Origin: Candidatus Lloydbacteria bacterium
GTDB lineage: Bacteria > Patescibacteriota > Minisyncoccia > Phycocordibacterales > UBA6899
Length of the DNA stretch: 52,294 bases
Direction of reading: 5' to 3'
Assembly: GCA_043719805.1 (NCBI GenBank)
Contig: JAYSTI010000054.1
Coordinates: 1 to 52,294 of the forward strand
In this document: positions 9,344 through 18,508 of the stretch, piece after piece
Layout: each line of letters begins with the position of its first letter
Position numbering within the stretch: the first letter of the stretch is position 1
Notes under the pieces: model-generated
Seen by the model: the letters and a program-made list of their open reading frames with translations, nothing else
Databases searched by the model: none
Told to the model about the DNA's origin: nothing
Program-made: the position numbers and the translations under genes

Positions 9344-10443
9344 TAGCCTTTCATTGGCATGACGAGGTATTGGAATGTGTTGTCTCCAACTCCCTTAATA
9401 ATCAAAGCTCGCCCCCCACCACTCGCAGACAACGAAATACTATCCACACCCATGTAAGAAAATACATCCATTAAAAACCTTTGGTTCAAAAGAAATTCAA
9501 CATCATCACCCTTGAGTGTGGCATCAATTTGGTGCGTAGTCTCACCAATATCATCATTACGCGACTCTATTTCTACAAATTTCTCGCTCGGATATATTTT
9601 CAAACGCACTTGCTGTAATTTTCCAGAAAAAACAGTAGTGAGCTTCAACCTATCAATCATGTCTTGGCGAAGAATAATCGCTTCAGTAAGAAATTGTTTA
9701 GGAATTATTTGTTGATAATCAGGAAATACTCCATCCACAAGACGAGAGGTGATGTGCATATGCTCGGTGTGAAAGGAAATCTGATTTTTTGTCGCCACAA
9801 TCTTCACTGTTCCATCGATATTTTCAAGTGCTCTCATTATTTCAAGCACATTCCTTCCGGGTATCAATAAAGAAAAATGTTCTACAGTCTTCTTCAACGG
9901 AATACGTTTCTCAGCAAGACGAGAGGAATCGGAAGCCACCATCACCAATGACTGTTCATCGGTATAACAATAAATACTCGAAAATTCCGGTTTGATGTCT
10001 GACGTCGCAACTGCGTATGACGTCGCGCGAAATGCCCCCAGGAGAGATTTTATGTCTATTTCGAGCTCGGTACCCTTTGTGATGAATGGAAGCGTTGGGA
10101 AGTCCTCGTAGCCGAATCCTTTGATAAGTGTGGAGTACGACGCACCGGTGATAGTGAGATGTTCTCCGACCTGCTCAATTGTCACGTTTTTTTCGTTTGG
10201 AAGATTGGAGAGGAAATTTCCGAGTGTATCTGCAGGAATGGCAATAACACCTTCCTTGTCGATGCGGGCGGGTATTTCAATTTCAATTCCAAGATCGAGA
10301 TTTGTTGCACGTATCTTTAATACTTTTTCTCCGGCAATAAAAAGTACGTATCGCAATACCGGTAATGAAAGTTGTTTACCAGTAAAACGTTCTGCGATCA
10401 GCAGTGCGTCTTTTAAATTTAGTTTTACACACTCTACTTTCAT
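9343..10443 (-). CDS. dnaN: DNA polymerase III beta sliding clamp
   Basis: ATNLDLGI, DFPTLP, ASDSSRLA, SRLVDGVFPDYQQIIP, YLVMPM. Confidence 0.97.
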   Translation of the reverse strand: MKVECVKLNLKDALLIAERFTGKQLSLPVLRYVLFIAGEKVLKIRATNLDLGIEIEIPARIDKEGVIAIPADTLGNFLSNLPNEKNVTIEQVGEHLTITGASYSTLIKGFGYEDFPTLPFITKGTELEIDIKSLLGAFRATSYAVATSDIKPEFSSIYCYTDEQSLVMVASDSSRLAEKRIPLKKTVEHFSLLIPGRNVLEIMRALENIDGTVKIVATKNQISFHTEHMHITSRLVDGVFPDYQQIIPKQFLTEAIILRQDMIDRLKLTTVFSGKLQQVRLKIYPSEKFVEIESRNDDIGETTHQIDATLKGDDVEFLLNQRFLMDVFSYMGVDSISLSASGGGRALIIKGVGDNTFQYLVMPMKG

Positions 10444-10692
10444 ATTGATATATATAAATACTACTTATATTAATTACGCCTGTGGATATGTGGACAACTT
10501 TGCTTTCGCATATATTCGTCATAGTGAAAACCTAATTTGTGAATTTGATGAACTGTTGGTATGTGCACAGTTATCCACAGAATTTTTTTTCACACATTTT
10601 CTATCCACAGTTGAGAACTCATTTCGTCCGATACTTATCCACATTTTTTATTTCACTTTTTTTGAGATCTCCACAGACTTATCCTCAGTTTT
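10444..10692. other. oriC part 1: DnaA-box cluster plus AT-rich unwinding element
   Basis: TTATCCACA at 10571 and 10635, CTATCCACA 10601, TGTGGATAT 10481, TGTGGACAA 10489, TTATCCTCA 10679; AT-rich tract 10444-10476. Confidence 0.85.
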
Positions 10693-12042
10693 TTAAAACA
10701 ATGCACGTATCTGTTCAATTTCTTGAAGTAAAAGTGAATCAGTTTTTATGTCACCTTTTATTTTTTCACACGAGTGAATGACGGTAGTGTGATCTCTTCC
10801 TCCAAGTTTCTGCCCGATAAGCGGATAAGAAATATTGAAGTCTTGGCGCAGAATGTACATTAATACTTGGCGTGGTTTTACGACCTCCTTACGGCGAGTT
10901 TTTTCAAAGATGAAACGTTCGTCGATGTTGTAGAATGTCGTGACTGTTTTTACAATATCTTTTATAGATACTGGCTTTGTCGGCTTTGCGTTGTTTTTAA
11001 TGAGTGTTTTTATTTCATTCAACGAGAGGGGTTTGTTTTTAAGTTGAGACTGGCACACTACGAGATTGAGTGTTCCCTCAAGCTCACGAATGCTTGCTTG
11101 TATTGTCTCAGCAATATATTGAACGATGTCGTCCGGGACAAGTACCTGCTGCTGCTTCAGTTTTTCCTGAAGGATTGCGAGGCGAGATTCGTATTCCGGC
11201 ATCGTTATTTCAACAATCATCCCGGAACCAAATCGTGATTTCAGTCGATCTTCAAGTCCATTAATATAATTCGGGTGTTTATCAGATGAAAAAATAATCT
11301 GTTTATTGTTTTCATAGAGTGCATTATAGAGATGGAAGAGCTCTTCCTGTGTCTTTTCTTTGCCGACAAGAAACTGAATGTCATCCATGATGAGTACATC
11401 GTACTTACGATATTTATCTTTGAACTCATTCACGCGATTATTCTGTAATGAAGTTACATAATCGGTTGAAAATTTTTCCGAACTCACATACTGCACTTTT
11501 TTTCCGGGGTTTTGCTTTTTTATTCCGTTCCCAATTGATTGAGTGAGATGTGTTTTTCCGAAACCGGTTGAACCATAGATAAACAGAGGGTTGTACATAA
11601 TGCCGGGTTTCTTCAGTACTGCTTGTGCAGCGGCATATGCCAGTTCGTTGAACGGTCCGATGACAAATGAATCAAATGTATACCGGGGATTCAATCCATC
11701 TTCTTTGCTGACGTAGGTATCTTGGAGCGGGAGTTCTCCAACAAAAGGCGAGAATACTTCTTTTTTATTCACCTGTTCATTTTTCTCAATTCCGTCATCT
11801 TTTGTGATGACATATTCGACGTTTTTTACATCCGATGAGACATTGCGGAGAATGCGGATGATTGTGGAGTGGTACTTATTAGAAAGCCAATCACGAACGA
11901 ATTCGTTTTGTACTCCGACGTAGACCGTCCCCTGATCTTGCTTGGTGATGCGGGTGTTTTTGAACCAAGTGCTGAAATTTGCCCGAGAAACTTCGAGTTC
12001 GATGTCGACCAATGCTTTGCTCCATAATTCTTTGTTATCCAT
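10693..12042 (-). CDS. dnaA: Chromosomal replication initiator DnaA
   Basis: NPRYTFDSFV, YNPLFIYGSTGFGKTHL, DDIQFL, RELEG, GGRDHTTVIHS. Confidence 0.98.
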   Translation of the reverse strand: MDNKELWSKALVDIELEVSRANFSTWFKNTRITKQDQGTVYVGVQNEFVRDWLSNKYHSTIIRILRNVSSDVKNVEYVITKDDGIEKNEQVNKKEVFSPFVGELPLQDTYVSKEDGLNPRYTFDSFVIGPFNELAYAAAQAVLKKPGIMYNPLFIYGSTGFGKTHLTQSIGNGIKKQNPGKKVQYVSSEKFSTDYVTSLQNNRVNEFKDKYRKYDVLIMDDIQFLVGKEKTQEELFHLYNALYENNKQIIFSSDKHPNYINGLEDRLKSRFGSGMIVEITMPEYESRLAILQEKLKQQQVLVPDDIVQYIAETIQASIRELEGTLNLVVCQSQLKNKPLSLNEIKTLIKNNAKPTKPVSIKDIVKTVTTFYNIDERFIFEKTRRKEVVKPRQVLMYILRQDFNISYPLIGQKLGGRDHTTVIHSCEKIKGDIKTDSLLLQEIEQIRALF

Positions 12043-12055
12043 AGAAGATCGACGC

Positions 12056-12148
12056 CCCGTTAGAAATTAATAAGATGTGCACAAATACTTTTTTATCTGA
12101 TGATAACGATATTGAGTTATGAGCGAGCACGGAAACATTTCTAACGGG
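12056..12148 (-). promoter_or_regulatory. Stem-loop in the putative dnaA 5' leader
   Basis: Perfect 12-bp inverted repeat CCCGTTAGAAAT (12056-12067) / ATTTCTAACGGG (12137-12148); minus-strand TATAAT at 12180-12185. Confidence 0.5.
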
Positions 12149-12214
12149 ATGCGCGTGATATTTCAATAACGTAAGAAGCATTATAGCGAAGAAGTTTGGA
12201 TGAACGAAAAATGT

Positions 12215-12370
12215 AAAAATGTTCACAACTTGTGTATAAACTGTGGACAGGAATTTTTAGAAATATTTATAAGGAAGGTGTCAAAAAATGGATTTTTTAT
12301 AGATAGTTATTTTTTTATTTGCCTTCGAGAAGCCTTCTTGTGTCACAAACAGTACAACACATTATCTACA
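12215..12370. other. oriC part 2: DnaA boxes between dnaA and rpmH
   Basis: TGTGTATAA 12231-12239, TGTGGACAG 12242-12250, TTATCTACA 12362-12370. Confidence 0.6.
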
Positions 12371-12415
12371 GAGACAACCTTGAATGATTGTGAAATATAT
12401 TTTATACTCCTCTCT

Positions 12416-12550
12416 ATGTCAGTTACATACCAGCCAAAGAAAAAGAAGCGAAGGTCAACACATGGCTTTCTCGCACGCAAAGCAACCGCTAACGGAAGGA
12501 AGGTTATCAAGCGACGAATGCAGAAAGGGCGTAAACGTATAGCTGTTTAG
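12416..12550 (+). CDS. rpmH: 50S ribosomal protein L34
   Basis: [44 protein letters not shown], divergent from dnaA. Confidence 0.96.
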   Translation: MSVTYQPKKKKRRSTHGFLARKATANGRKVIKRRMQKGRKRIAV

Positions 12551-12570
12551 CCACCCTTCTTACCAGGGAC

Positions 12571-12909
12571 ATGCTTCCCAAAGAACAAAAGATCACGAGA
12601 GTCACGTTTCCAAAGTACACCGACTCCAAAAAAACATGGACTGGTGTTTCTTTGCGTGCGCAGTGTTTCTCTACCGGTGGGACCGAAAAGGTGCGCTGTG
12701 CAGTTGTAGTATCAAAAAAAGTCCATGTTTTAGCAGTAAACCGCAATAGGCTTAAACGGTTGGTGTTTAGTGCAATAGAGGCGCACAGTGGGTCGTTGCT
12801 CCAAAAAACAGGCATGAAGGTGGTCATTTACCCAATGAAAAAGGAATTACCCATCTCTGCACTCCTTATTGAGAGGGATATAAAGGATTTCATCGCGCAA
12901 CTTCGATGA
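12571..12909 (+). CDS. rnpA: Ribonuclease P protein component
   Basis: MLPK start, [16 protein letters not shown] motif, position after rpmH. Confidence 0.9.
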   Translation: MLPKEQKITRVTFPKYTDSKKTWTGVSLRAQCFSTGGTEKVRCAVVVSKKVHVLAVNRNRLKRLVFSAIEAHSGSLLQKTGMKVVIYPMKKELPISALLIERDIKDFIAQLR

Positions 12910-13148
12910 AAATCGCCAAAAAACCGTTTTTACTGCTCATTCGGGCATACCAGAGAGCACTTTCTCCTGATAGAGGTTGGGTACGCTTCATTATTCCTAT
13001 GCGGCCAACTTGTGCGATGTATCCATCTTGCTCCCAGTATGCATACGAGGCAATAGATAAATATGGTGTGATATACGGACTATTTAAGAGTTCCCGTAGG
13101 ATACTTCGCTGTCATCCGTATCAAAAAAAACTTATTGATGAACCTTAG
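12906..13148 (+). CDS. yidD: Membrane protein insertion efficiency factor YidD
   Basis: [16 protein letters not shown]...RRILRCHP; ATGA overlap with rnpA. Confidence 0.93.
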   Translation: MKIAKKPFLLLIRAYQRALSPDRGWVRFIIPMRPTCAMYPSCSQYAYEAIDKYGVIYGLFKSSRRILRCHPYQKKLIDEP

Positions 13149-13244
13149 TGCGAGGCTGAGTCTAAAGCGACTGAAGTAGATAGGAATGAACATTTTTTTG
13201 AGTAGTTTTTTGCCGTCCACTCATTTTTGAGATAGGATGATGGG

Positions 13245-13991
13245 ATGATTTTATCTCTTTGGAATACCGCAATCTACCAGCCGCTCTACAATCTTCTGAT
13301 GTTTCTTGTGGATGTTTTGCCAGGACATAGTGTAGGCGCAGCAATTATTGTCCTTACACTCATTGTCAAGCTCGTGCTCTATCCGCTGACGGCGAAGTCT
13401 ATTATGGCGCAGCGGGAAATGAAAAAACTGCAGCCGGAACTTCAGAAATTGAAGGATCAGCACAAGGATGACAAGAAAAAACTTGCGGAACGTACAATGG
13501 CACTCTACCAAGAGAAGGGGGTTAATCCGTTTTCGGGATGTTTGCCGATGCTCGTGCAAATACCCATTGTTATAGGACTTTATTTGGTTTTTTCACGGGG
13601 GCTAGAACTCGATACGGTGGACATTAGCATTCTTTATGACTTTGTTCGATCCCCACTTTCTCTTGATATGCACTTCCTGATTTTTGACCTTACTGAAAAA
13701 AGCCTTATTTTAGCCGTAATTGCCGGTATTGCTCAGTATTTTCAAACGGATATCTCACTTGGTCAGCAGGAACCTCTTCCGGCAAAAAAGGAGGGTGATA
13801 AACCAAATTTCCAGGAGGATTTTGCGCGAAGTATGCAGGTCCAAATGCGCTATGTACTGCCCGTTATGATCAGTTTCATCGCCTTCACGACGTCAGCTGC
13901 AGTTGCGCTTTATTGGGCAACGAGTAATATATTGAGTATTGTTCAAGAGTTATTGCTGAGAAGTAAAAGCGATAAGAAAAAGCTCCCATAA
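13245..13991 (+). CDS. yidC: Membrane protein insertase YidC (short monoderm-type)
   Basis: VKLVLYPL, LQPELQKL, NPFSGCLPMLVQIPI, ALYWATSN. Confidence 0.95.
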   Translation: MILSLWNTAIYQPLYNLLMFLVDVLPGHSVGAAIIVLTLIVKLVLYPLTAKSIMAQREMKKLQPELQKLKDQHKDDKKKLAERTMALYQEKGVNPFSGCLPMLVQIPIVIGLYLVFSRGLELDTVDISILYDFVRSPLSLDMHFLIFDLTEKSLILAVIAGIAQYFQTDISLGQQEPLPAKKEGDKPNFQEDFARSMQVQMRYVLPVMISFIAFTTSAAVALYWATSNILSIVQELLLRSKSDKKKLP

Positions 13992-13996
13992 AACCT

Positions 13997-14485
13997 ATGA
14001 ATATCAACGATTACATTGTCGACACATTAAAAACACTACTTACCCTCCTCGGGGTTGCCTTTACTGATGTTTCAATGAGTATCGACGAGAAGACATCCTC
14101 TCCGCGCTTTGTTATTGCAACTCCAGATTCTTCTATCCTTATCGGCGAGCATGGTGCACGCTTGCTTGCGCTCAATCATCTCATTAAGCGTATCGTCGAA
14201 AAGAAGTTCCCGGGAGAGCGCCATTCGTTCATGGTCGACGTGAACGACTACCAGAAGAAGCAAGTGGAAGAGATACGCACCAAGGCGCACATGCTTGCAG
14301 AACGCGCGCGCTACTTTAAGAGTTCAGTAGAGATGGACCCCATGAGTTCATACGAGCGAATGATAGTGCACGCAGAATTTACCATGATTCCGGATATCGT
14401 CACCGAATCGTCAGGGTTCGGGAAAGACCGGCATCTTGTACTCAAATACAGCGAAACAAAAGTTCTTCCTGAAAAAATCAATTAA
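13997..14485 (+). CDS. jag: Jag/KhpB-like KH-R3H RNA-binding protein lacking the Jag_N domain
   Basis: LIGEHGARLLAL KH motif, VDVNDY, PMSSYERMIVH R3H motif, position after yidC. Confidence 0.85.
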   Translation: MNINDYIVDTLKTLLTLLGVAFTDVSMSIDEKTSSPRFVIATPDSSILIGEHGARLLALNHLIKRIVEKKFPGERHSFMVDVNDYQKKQVEEIRTKAHMLAERARYFKSSVEMDPMSSYERMIVHAEFTMIPDIVTESSGFGKDRHLVLKYSETKVLPEKIN

Positions 14486-14510
14486 AAAACATCCCGAGGG
14501 ATGTTTTTTA
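14485..14510. terminator. Bidirectional intrinsic terminator
   Basis: AAAAAACATCCC-ga-GGGATGTTTTTT between convergent genes. Confidence 0.75.
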
Positions 14511-14532
14511 ATTTCTTTGATTGTTAACCGGA

Positions 14533-15609
14533 CTACTGAGGGCAAAGAGCCGCAAATCCTGCCGGGAGCGGGTCAGTGTTTGTTCTCGATTTTTGGTCTT
14601 TACAAAACCAATATGGCTGGCCCACTTCGCAGACATGCCAATGGTCGCCCTCATCGGTGAACCAATAGCCACTTAATAAGTATCGGCACGGCCAGAATGA
14701 TGAGGCTGATTGAGTGGAGTTTGTCCGAATGTGTGAGTCCAAAGCGGGTGTTTTGCGTAAGTCAAAGATTGGAGCACCGGCGCGATGTGTTTTGTGGCCG
14801 GGCTCAGTTCCACCGGTAATAGTTACTGGCCTCGTGGCTGACGATAGTCCTTGTATGACGGTGATTGCACCACCCGGCAAACCATCAACATTTGTGCACC
14901 CCTTTTGTAGTCCACCTATGCAAGGCCCAGCGTTTATTGCTACCGGCCTGGAGCCGATACATGAATCGTTGCCGCAGATTGCGTTGCGTGCACCTATTTC
15001 GCCACCTGACGGTGTGGCCGCCGTTGCATAGACAGTAAAACACTCAATGTCGGAGGCGGCGGGCGTTTTGACAATTGTCACACCGTTTGCGGCATCTGTG
15101 CTCTTGACCGAAAGACAAGCTGCAACGGTGTCGAATTTTGGTGAATTTTTTTTATTGCCCGCAGCATTAAGGTAGCGATAGTAGTAAAATGTTTTATCGG
15201 CGGCAATCGGCATTGGGTCGTCACCGGGAGCGGGAGGTGGCGGAACTGCTACTGCCGGGAGGTCGCCAATAGTCAGGTCGCTTTTGAGCAGGTCCGAGTT
15301 GATAGTATTCAGTATTATCCACGAACCGGCGGCAAGAAGAAGTCCGAGTATTGCATTGGTGATGCACTCCTTGGAGGCGCTTTTTTGTGATACAGACGGA
15401 GAGCCTAGTAGCTGAATCCCACAGATGACAATCATGACTACCGCAAGAATTCCCGCCATCCCAATGACCACCTGCATGATGCCGCTGAGATAGTCGGTCA
15501 TTGTGACCGAGCCGGACAGTGGTCCCAGTGGTGCGAGGAGTGTATAGGTTGGAGCGGCAGCAAATACCGAGAATGGAAGTCCAAACAACAAAAATGGAAT
15601 GATTTTCAT
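14533..15609 (-). CDS. VirB2/TrbC-like pilin domain fused to a Cys-rich, M15-like metallopeptidase domain
   Basis: Signal peptide, YTLLAPL, two TM pilin segment (..AKECITNAILGLLLAAGSWIILNTINSDLL), Pro linker, then ITGGTEPGH..H....DL and DEGDHWHV. Confidence 0.7.
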   Translation of the reverse strand: MKIIPFLLFGLPFSVFAAAPTYTLLAPLGPLSGSVTMTDYLSGIMQVVIGMAGILAVVMIVICGIQLLGSPSVSQKSASKECITNAILGLLLAAGSWIILNTINSDLLKSDLTIGDLPAVAVPPPPAPGDDPMPIAADKTFYYYRYLNAAGNKKNSPKFDTVAACLSVKSTDAANGVTIVKTPAASDIECFTVYATAATPSGGEIGARNAICGNDSCIGSRPVAINAGPCIGGLQKGCTNVDGLPGGAITVIQGLSSATRPVTITGGTEPGHKTHRAGAPIFDLRKTPALDSHIRTNSTQSASSFWPCRYLLSGYWFTDEGDHWHVCEVGQPYWFCKDQKSRTNTDPLPAGFAALCPQ

Positions 15610-15613
15610 ATAA

Positions 15614-16990
15614 TTAATTTAAAGTTGTACCTGCGGCGTCTTTTTGTTCTTCTGGGGTTAGCTCCGGCATTGAGCTAGATGCAGTGAAGTCGGCGTCGGC
15701 ATCTGATGGTGGGGGTAGGCGCATTGACCACAGTGAGTCGTCGTATTTGTCGACGAAGAAGAGATATTGCTCATTGCTGTCGACAAGTGGGAGCGTTACG
15801 TCAAAGTTTTTTTCGATAGCTTTTTTTGGGTCTGCGATAAAGGTGACATCGGTATTGTCGGTGTTCACTTTCCAGAACATATCATTTATAGAAATGAGTC
15901 CTTGGTACCAGTCGTCAGGAAGTTGAGAGCGACTTGAGTTAGGGGCAGAGCCACAATAGAGGGTGCGATAAATTGGTCCCCATGCACATTTTTCCGGAAG
16001 AGTTGTGAGAGAAACGGCCGCCTCGTGATTTATGGTGCCCTCCTCTGAAGCAGCCCCTTTCTCGATATAAATACCAAGCAATGAGTTACCCGCAATGTTC
16101 TCGCTAAACAATATGCGCCCCCCGAGTGGGTCACCGAATGTCGTAAGACCGTTTTTTTCGCGCACAATTCGGGTGAGTGTTTTTTTTACGTTATCATAAA
16201 CATAGGAGAAACCGGGGACCAGTGCAGAAGGTTTTGTGGTAAGGAGTATTGTGCCATTATCAAAAAGCTGTGGTGCCCACTCCCTGAAGGAGTTTCGGAA
16301 AACCTCGCGCGGAGAGAGAAATGCACCCAAGGAGACAATTGTTGCAGATATTCCTTCAGGGATAGTGCGGAGATAGAGCATGTTGGTACCATTCGGTGAG
16401 ATGCTCACTGCGGTGATGTTGTCGGGAAGTACATCGGTACTTTTTTTCAAGCTCCCGACGGTCTGTCCATCGGTCGCCGGCTGGATGTCACCAAGGTAGG
16501 TAACGATTGTGTCGGTGGTGTAGTCGTGTCTTAAGTAGCGTAGTATGACCGTATTACCCTGGTTACCAAAGAATGCCTCGTATATTCGAGGTATCGTGGT
16601 GTTGGTGAGTTGGGTATCTACTCCTGTTTTGACGTCTATTTCGTGGACATTACCATTTTCACGGAGCACATAACGCACCAGCGTTTTTCCGCCATTCGAG
16701 ATAGTCGTGAATCCGGCTACAGATTCCTTGGAGAGCTGTTTGAACATTGGCTCTTCGCCGGTAATGCCGGGCGTTCCTTCATTGCCGCCCGTAATTGTTC
16801 CGCCCCCCGTGATAGTGCTTCCCGGTGTGACCGGAACCACCTCCCCAAACGGAAGGACTGAGCTTATTTTTTTTGCTACAGAGGAATTTTTCCCGATAGT
16901 GAGAAAGAAACCGAGGAGCATGAGTAAAAAGATGACGATTCCGACGACAATCCACAGCCACCACTTTTTACCCTGCTCATTCTGCTCCAT
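15614..16990 (-). CDS. Membrane-anchored extracytoplasmic protein, probable beta-propeller
   Basis: N-terminal TM, G/T/P linker, SISPNG repeat-like motif, TLPEKCAW...LPDDWYQG. Confidence 0.7.
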   Translation of the reverse strand: MEQNEQGKKWWLWIVVGIVIFLLMLLGFFLTIGKNSSVAKKISSVLPFGEVVPVTPGSTITGGGTITGGNEGTPGITGEEPMFKQLSKESVAGFTTISNGGKTLVRYVLRENGNVHEIDVKTGVDTQLTNTTIPRIYEAFFGNQGNTVILRYLRHDYTTDTIVTYLGDIQPATDGQTVGSLKKSTDVLPDNITAVSISPNGTNMLYLRTIPEGISATIVSLGAFLSPREVFRNSFREWAPQLFDNGTILLTTKPSALVPGFSYVYDNVKKTLTRIVREKNGLTTFGDPLGGRILFSENIAGNSLLGIYIEKGAASEEGTINHEAAVSLTTLPEKCAWGPIYRTLYCGSAPNSSRSQLPDDWYQGLISINDMFWKVNTDNTDVTFIADPKKAIEKNFDVTLPLVDSNEQYLFFVDKYDDSLWSMRLPPPSDADADFTASSSMPELTPEEQKDAAGTTLN

Positions 16991-17002
16991 GTTAATGTGA
17001 AA

Positions 17003-17992
17003 TTATTTTTGTGACGTAAATGAAATTGAACCTTGTTTCCTACCTTCTTGAAGAATGCGTTTTGGATTTTGCGCGCTAAACGAAATTGTCCGTGACTCGA
17101 CATCTTCTCCCATTTTGACCAACGTATAATTGAGCGGGTCTATGCCGACAGGTCTGGCCTGTAGATCAACATTCCATCTATATGCGATGTCCCCTCTTGT
17201 CATGTTGTCTAGGGAAAAGAAATAAGGGACTGCGTGCACGGTGAATTCTGTGCCGGCAGTTTCTGTCGTGGCTTTGAGCGCGTGGTGAAAGCGCGTGCCA
17301 AGAAGCGGTGCCTGCTCGTAGAGTTCTACTTTTGTTTCCACAACAGGAATGGCGATGTATTTTGCACCTTTCCAGTCAGTCCCAGGAAGACTTGTTTCAA
17401 CGTTCACCGGCAAGGGTGAGCCCGCATATCCGACGGGGATGAGGATGCTGTTTCCACCAAGTGATTCACCCGCACCCATTGTGCGGTTGTACGTCCATTT
17501 ATAGAAGTAATCTGCCGGATTGCTTGAGGCTGCGTTAAATCGGGGTATTGCAGTGACACGAACCATGCTCTTGTAGCTGGGGAGCGCCTTCCCTTTGTAA
17601 AATGGCGGCGTATATGTCTGTGCTTCCCACAGAACATCCACCTCCGCTGGGGCGATGATGAACTGCTTGTTGATGAGCAGTCCTTCGGACGTGGTGATTA
17701 CTACGTCGATGACTGTCCTGTTTCCAAAGTCTCCGGTTTGGACAGTGAGTGATGTCTCTGCCACCCCATCCTTTATTGGCTCTTTGTTCACGAACCACGT
17801 GATGTTTGCAGTGCTAAGTGTAACGGCAAATGATTCCATGCGCACCAGTACATTTTCGTTCACTCCCGGAGTCTTTGGTGTCGTTGAAAATTGCACCAAA
17901 TCAAAACTTGCTGCAAATATAGTTCCCGGAGCAGTGACGAGTGCAAGGACAATTACCATGAGGAATTGTGCTAATTTTTGGCCAAAATTCAT
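17003..17992 (-). CDS. Secreted beta-sandwich-rich protein of the T4SS-like cluster
   Basis: Signal peptide; DVLWEA.TYTPPFYKGKALP motif; VPYFFS. Confidence 0.7.
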   Translation of the reverse strand: MNFGQKLAQFLMVIVLALVTAPGTIFAASFDLVQFSTTPKTPGVNENVLVRMESFAVTLSTANITWFVNKEPIKDGVAETSLTVQTGDFGNRTVIDVVITTSEGLLINKQFIIAPAEVDVLWEAQTYTPPFYKGKALPSYKSMVRVTAIPRFNAASSNPADYFYKWTYNRTMGAGESLGGNSILIPVGYAGSPLPVNVETSLPGTDWKGAKYIAIPVVETKVELYEQAPLLGTRFHHALKATTETAGTEFTVHAVPYFFSLDNMTRGDIAYRWNVDLQARPVGIDPLNYTLVKMGEDVESRTISFSAQNPKRILQEGRKQGSISFTSQK

Positions 17993-18062
17993 AAGATAAT
18001 TTTACCCCATTTATTGGGAATTCCCAACCTATTTATCCCACTTTTTGTGTATAGCCGGCTAA

Positions 18063-18503
18063 CTATGTAGCAAGCTTGCCGCTTACCGAGGACGCAATCT
18101 TCCCGACAACTTTTATTGCTGCCCCCCCGAAGCAAGCCGCAAGAAAACCACCAAATGCGTCAGGGACAACACTGAGGATGGGAATCATCCCGATGAGCGT
18201 GGTAATGCTTGTGATAACAAACTTCGTGAGTATCCCCTCGCGTGTATAAAGGTGATAGAGCATCGCAATGATTGCAACGGTAAATGTCATTATTCCGCCA
18301 ATGATCATGCACATTATTGAAATTGGTATACCTACTACTGTTGCGGCGGTTACAGCTTCGAGTCCGGCTAATGCGAGGTCGGCAAGGTCCTTTGCAATCA
18401 TGATGCCGCCGATAAGCCAGAAAAACAGCCAATTTGTGGCTTTCTTTCGGGTTGCACTGCCTGATTCCTCCGGCCTTGCGATTTTGAGAGATTGAAGTGC
18501 CAT
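18063..18503 (-). CDS. Small multi-pass membrane protein
   Basis: Three hydrophobic segments; directly downstream of the VirB4-like gene. Confidence 0.65.
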   Translation of the reverse strand: MALQSLKIARPEESGSATRKKATNWLFFWLIGGIMIAKDLADLALAGLEAVTAATVVGIPISIMCMIIGGIMTFTVAIIAMLYHLYTREGILTKFVITSITTLIGMIPILSVVPDAFGGFLAACFGGAAIKVVGKIASSVSGKLAT

Positions 18504-18508
18504 GATGG

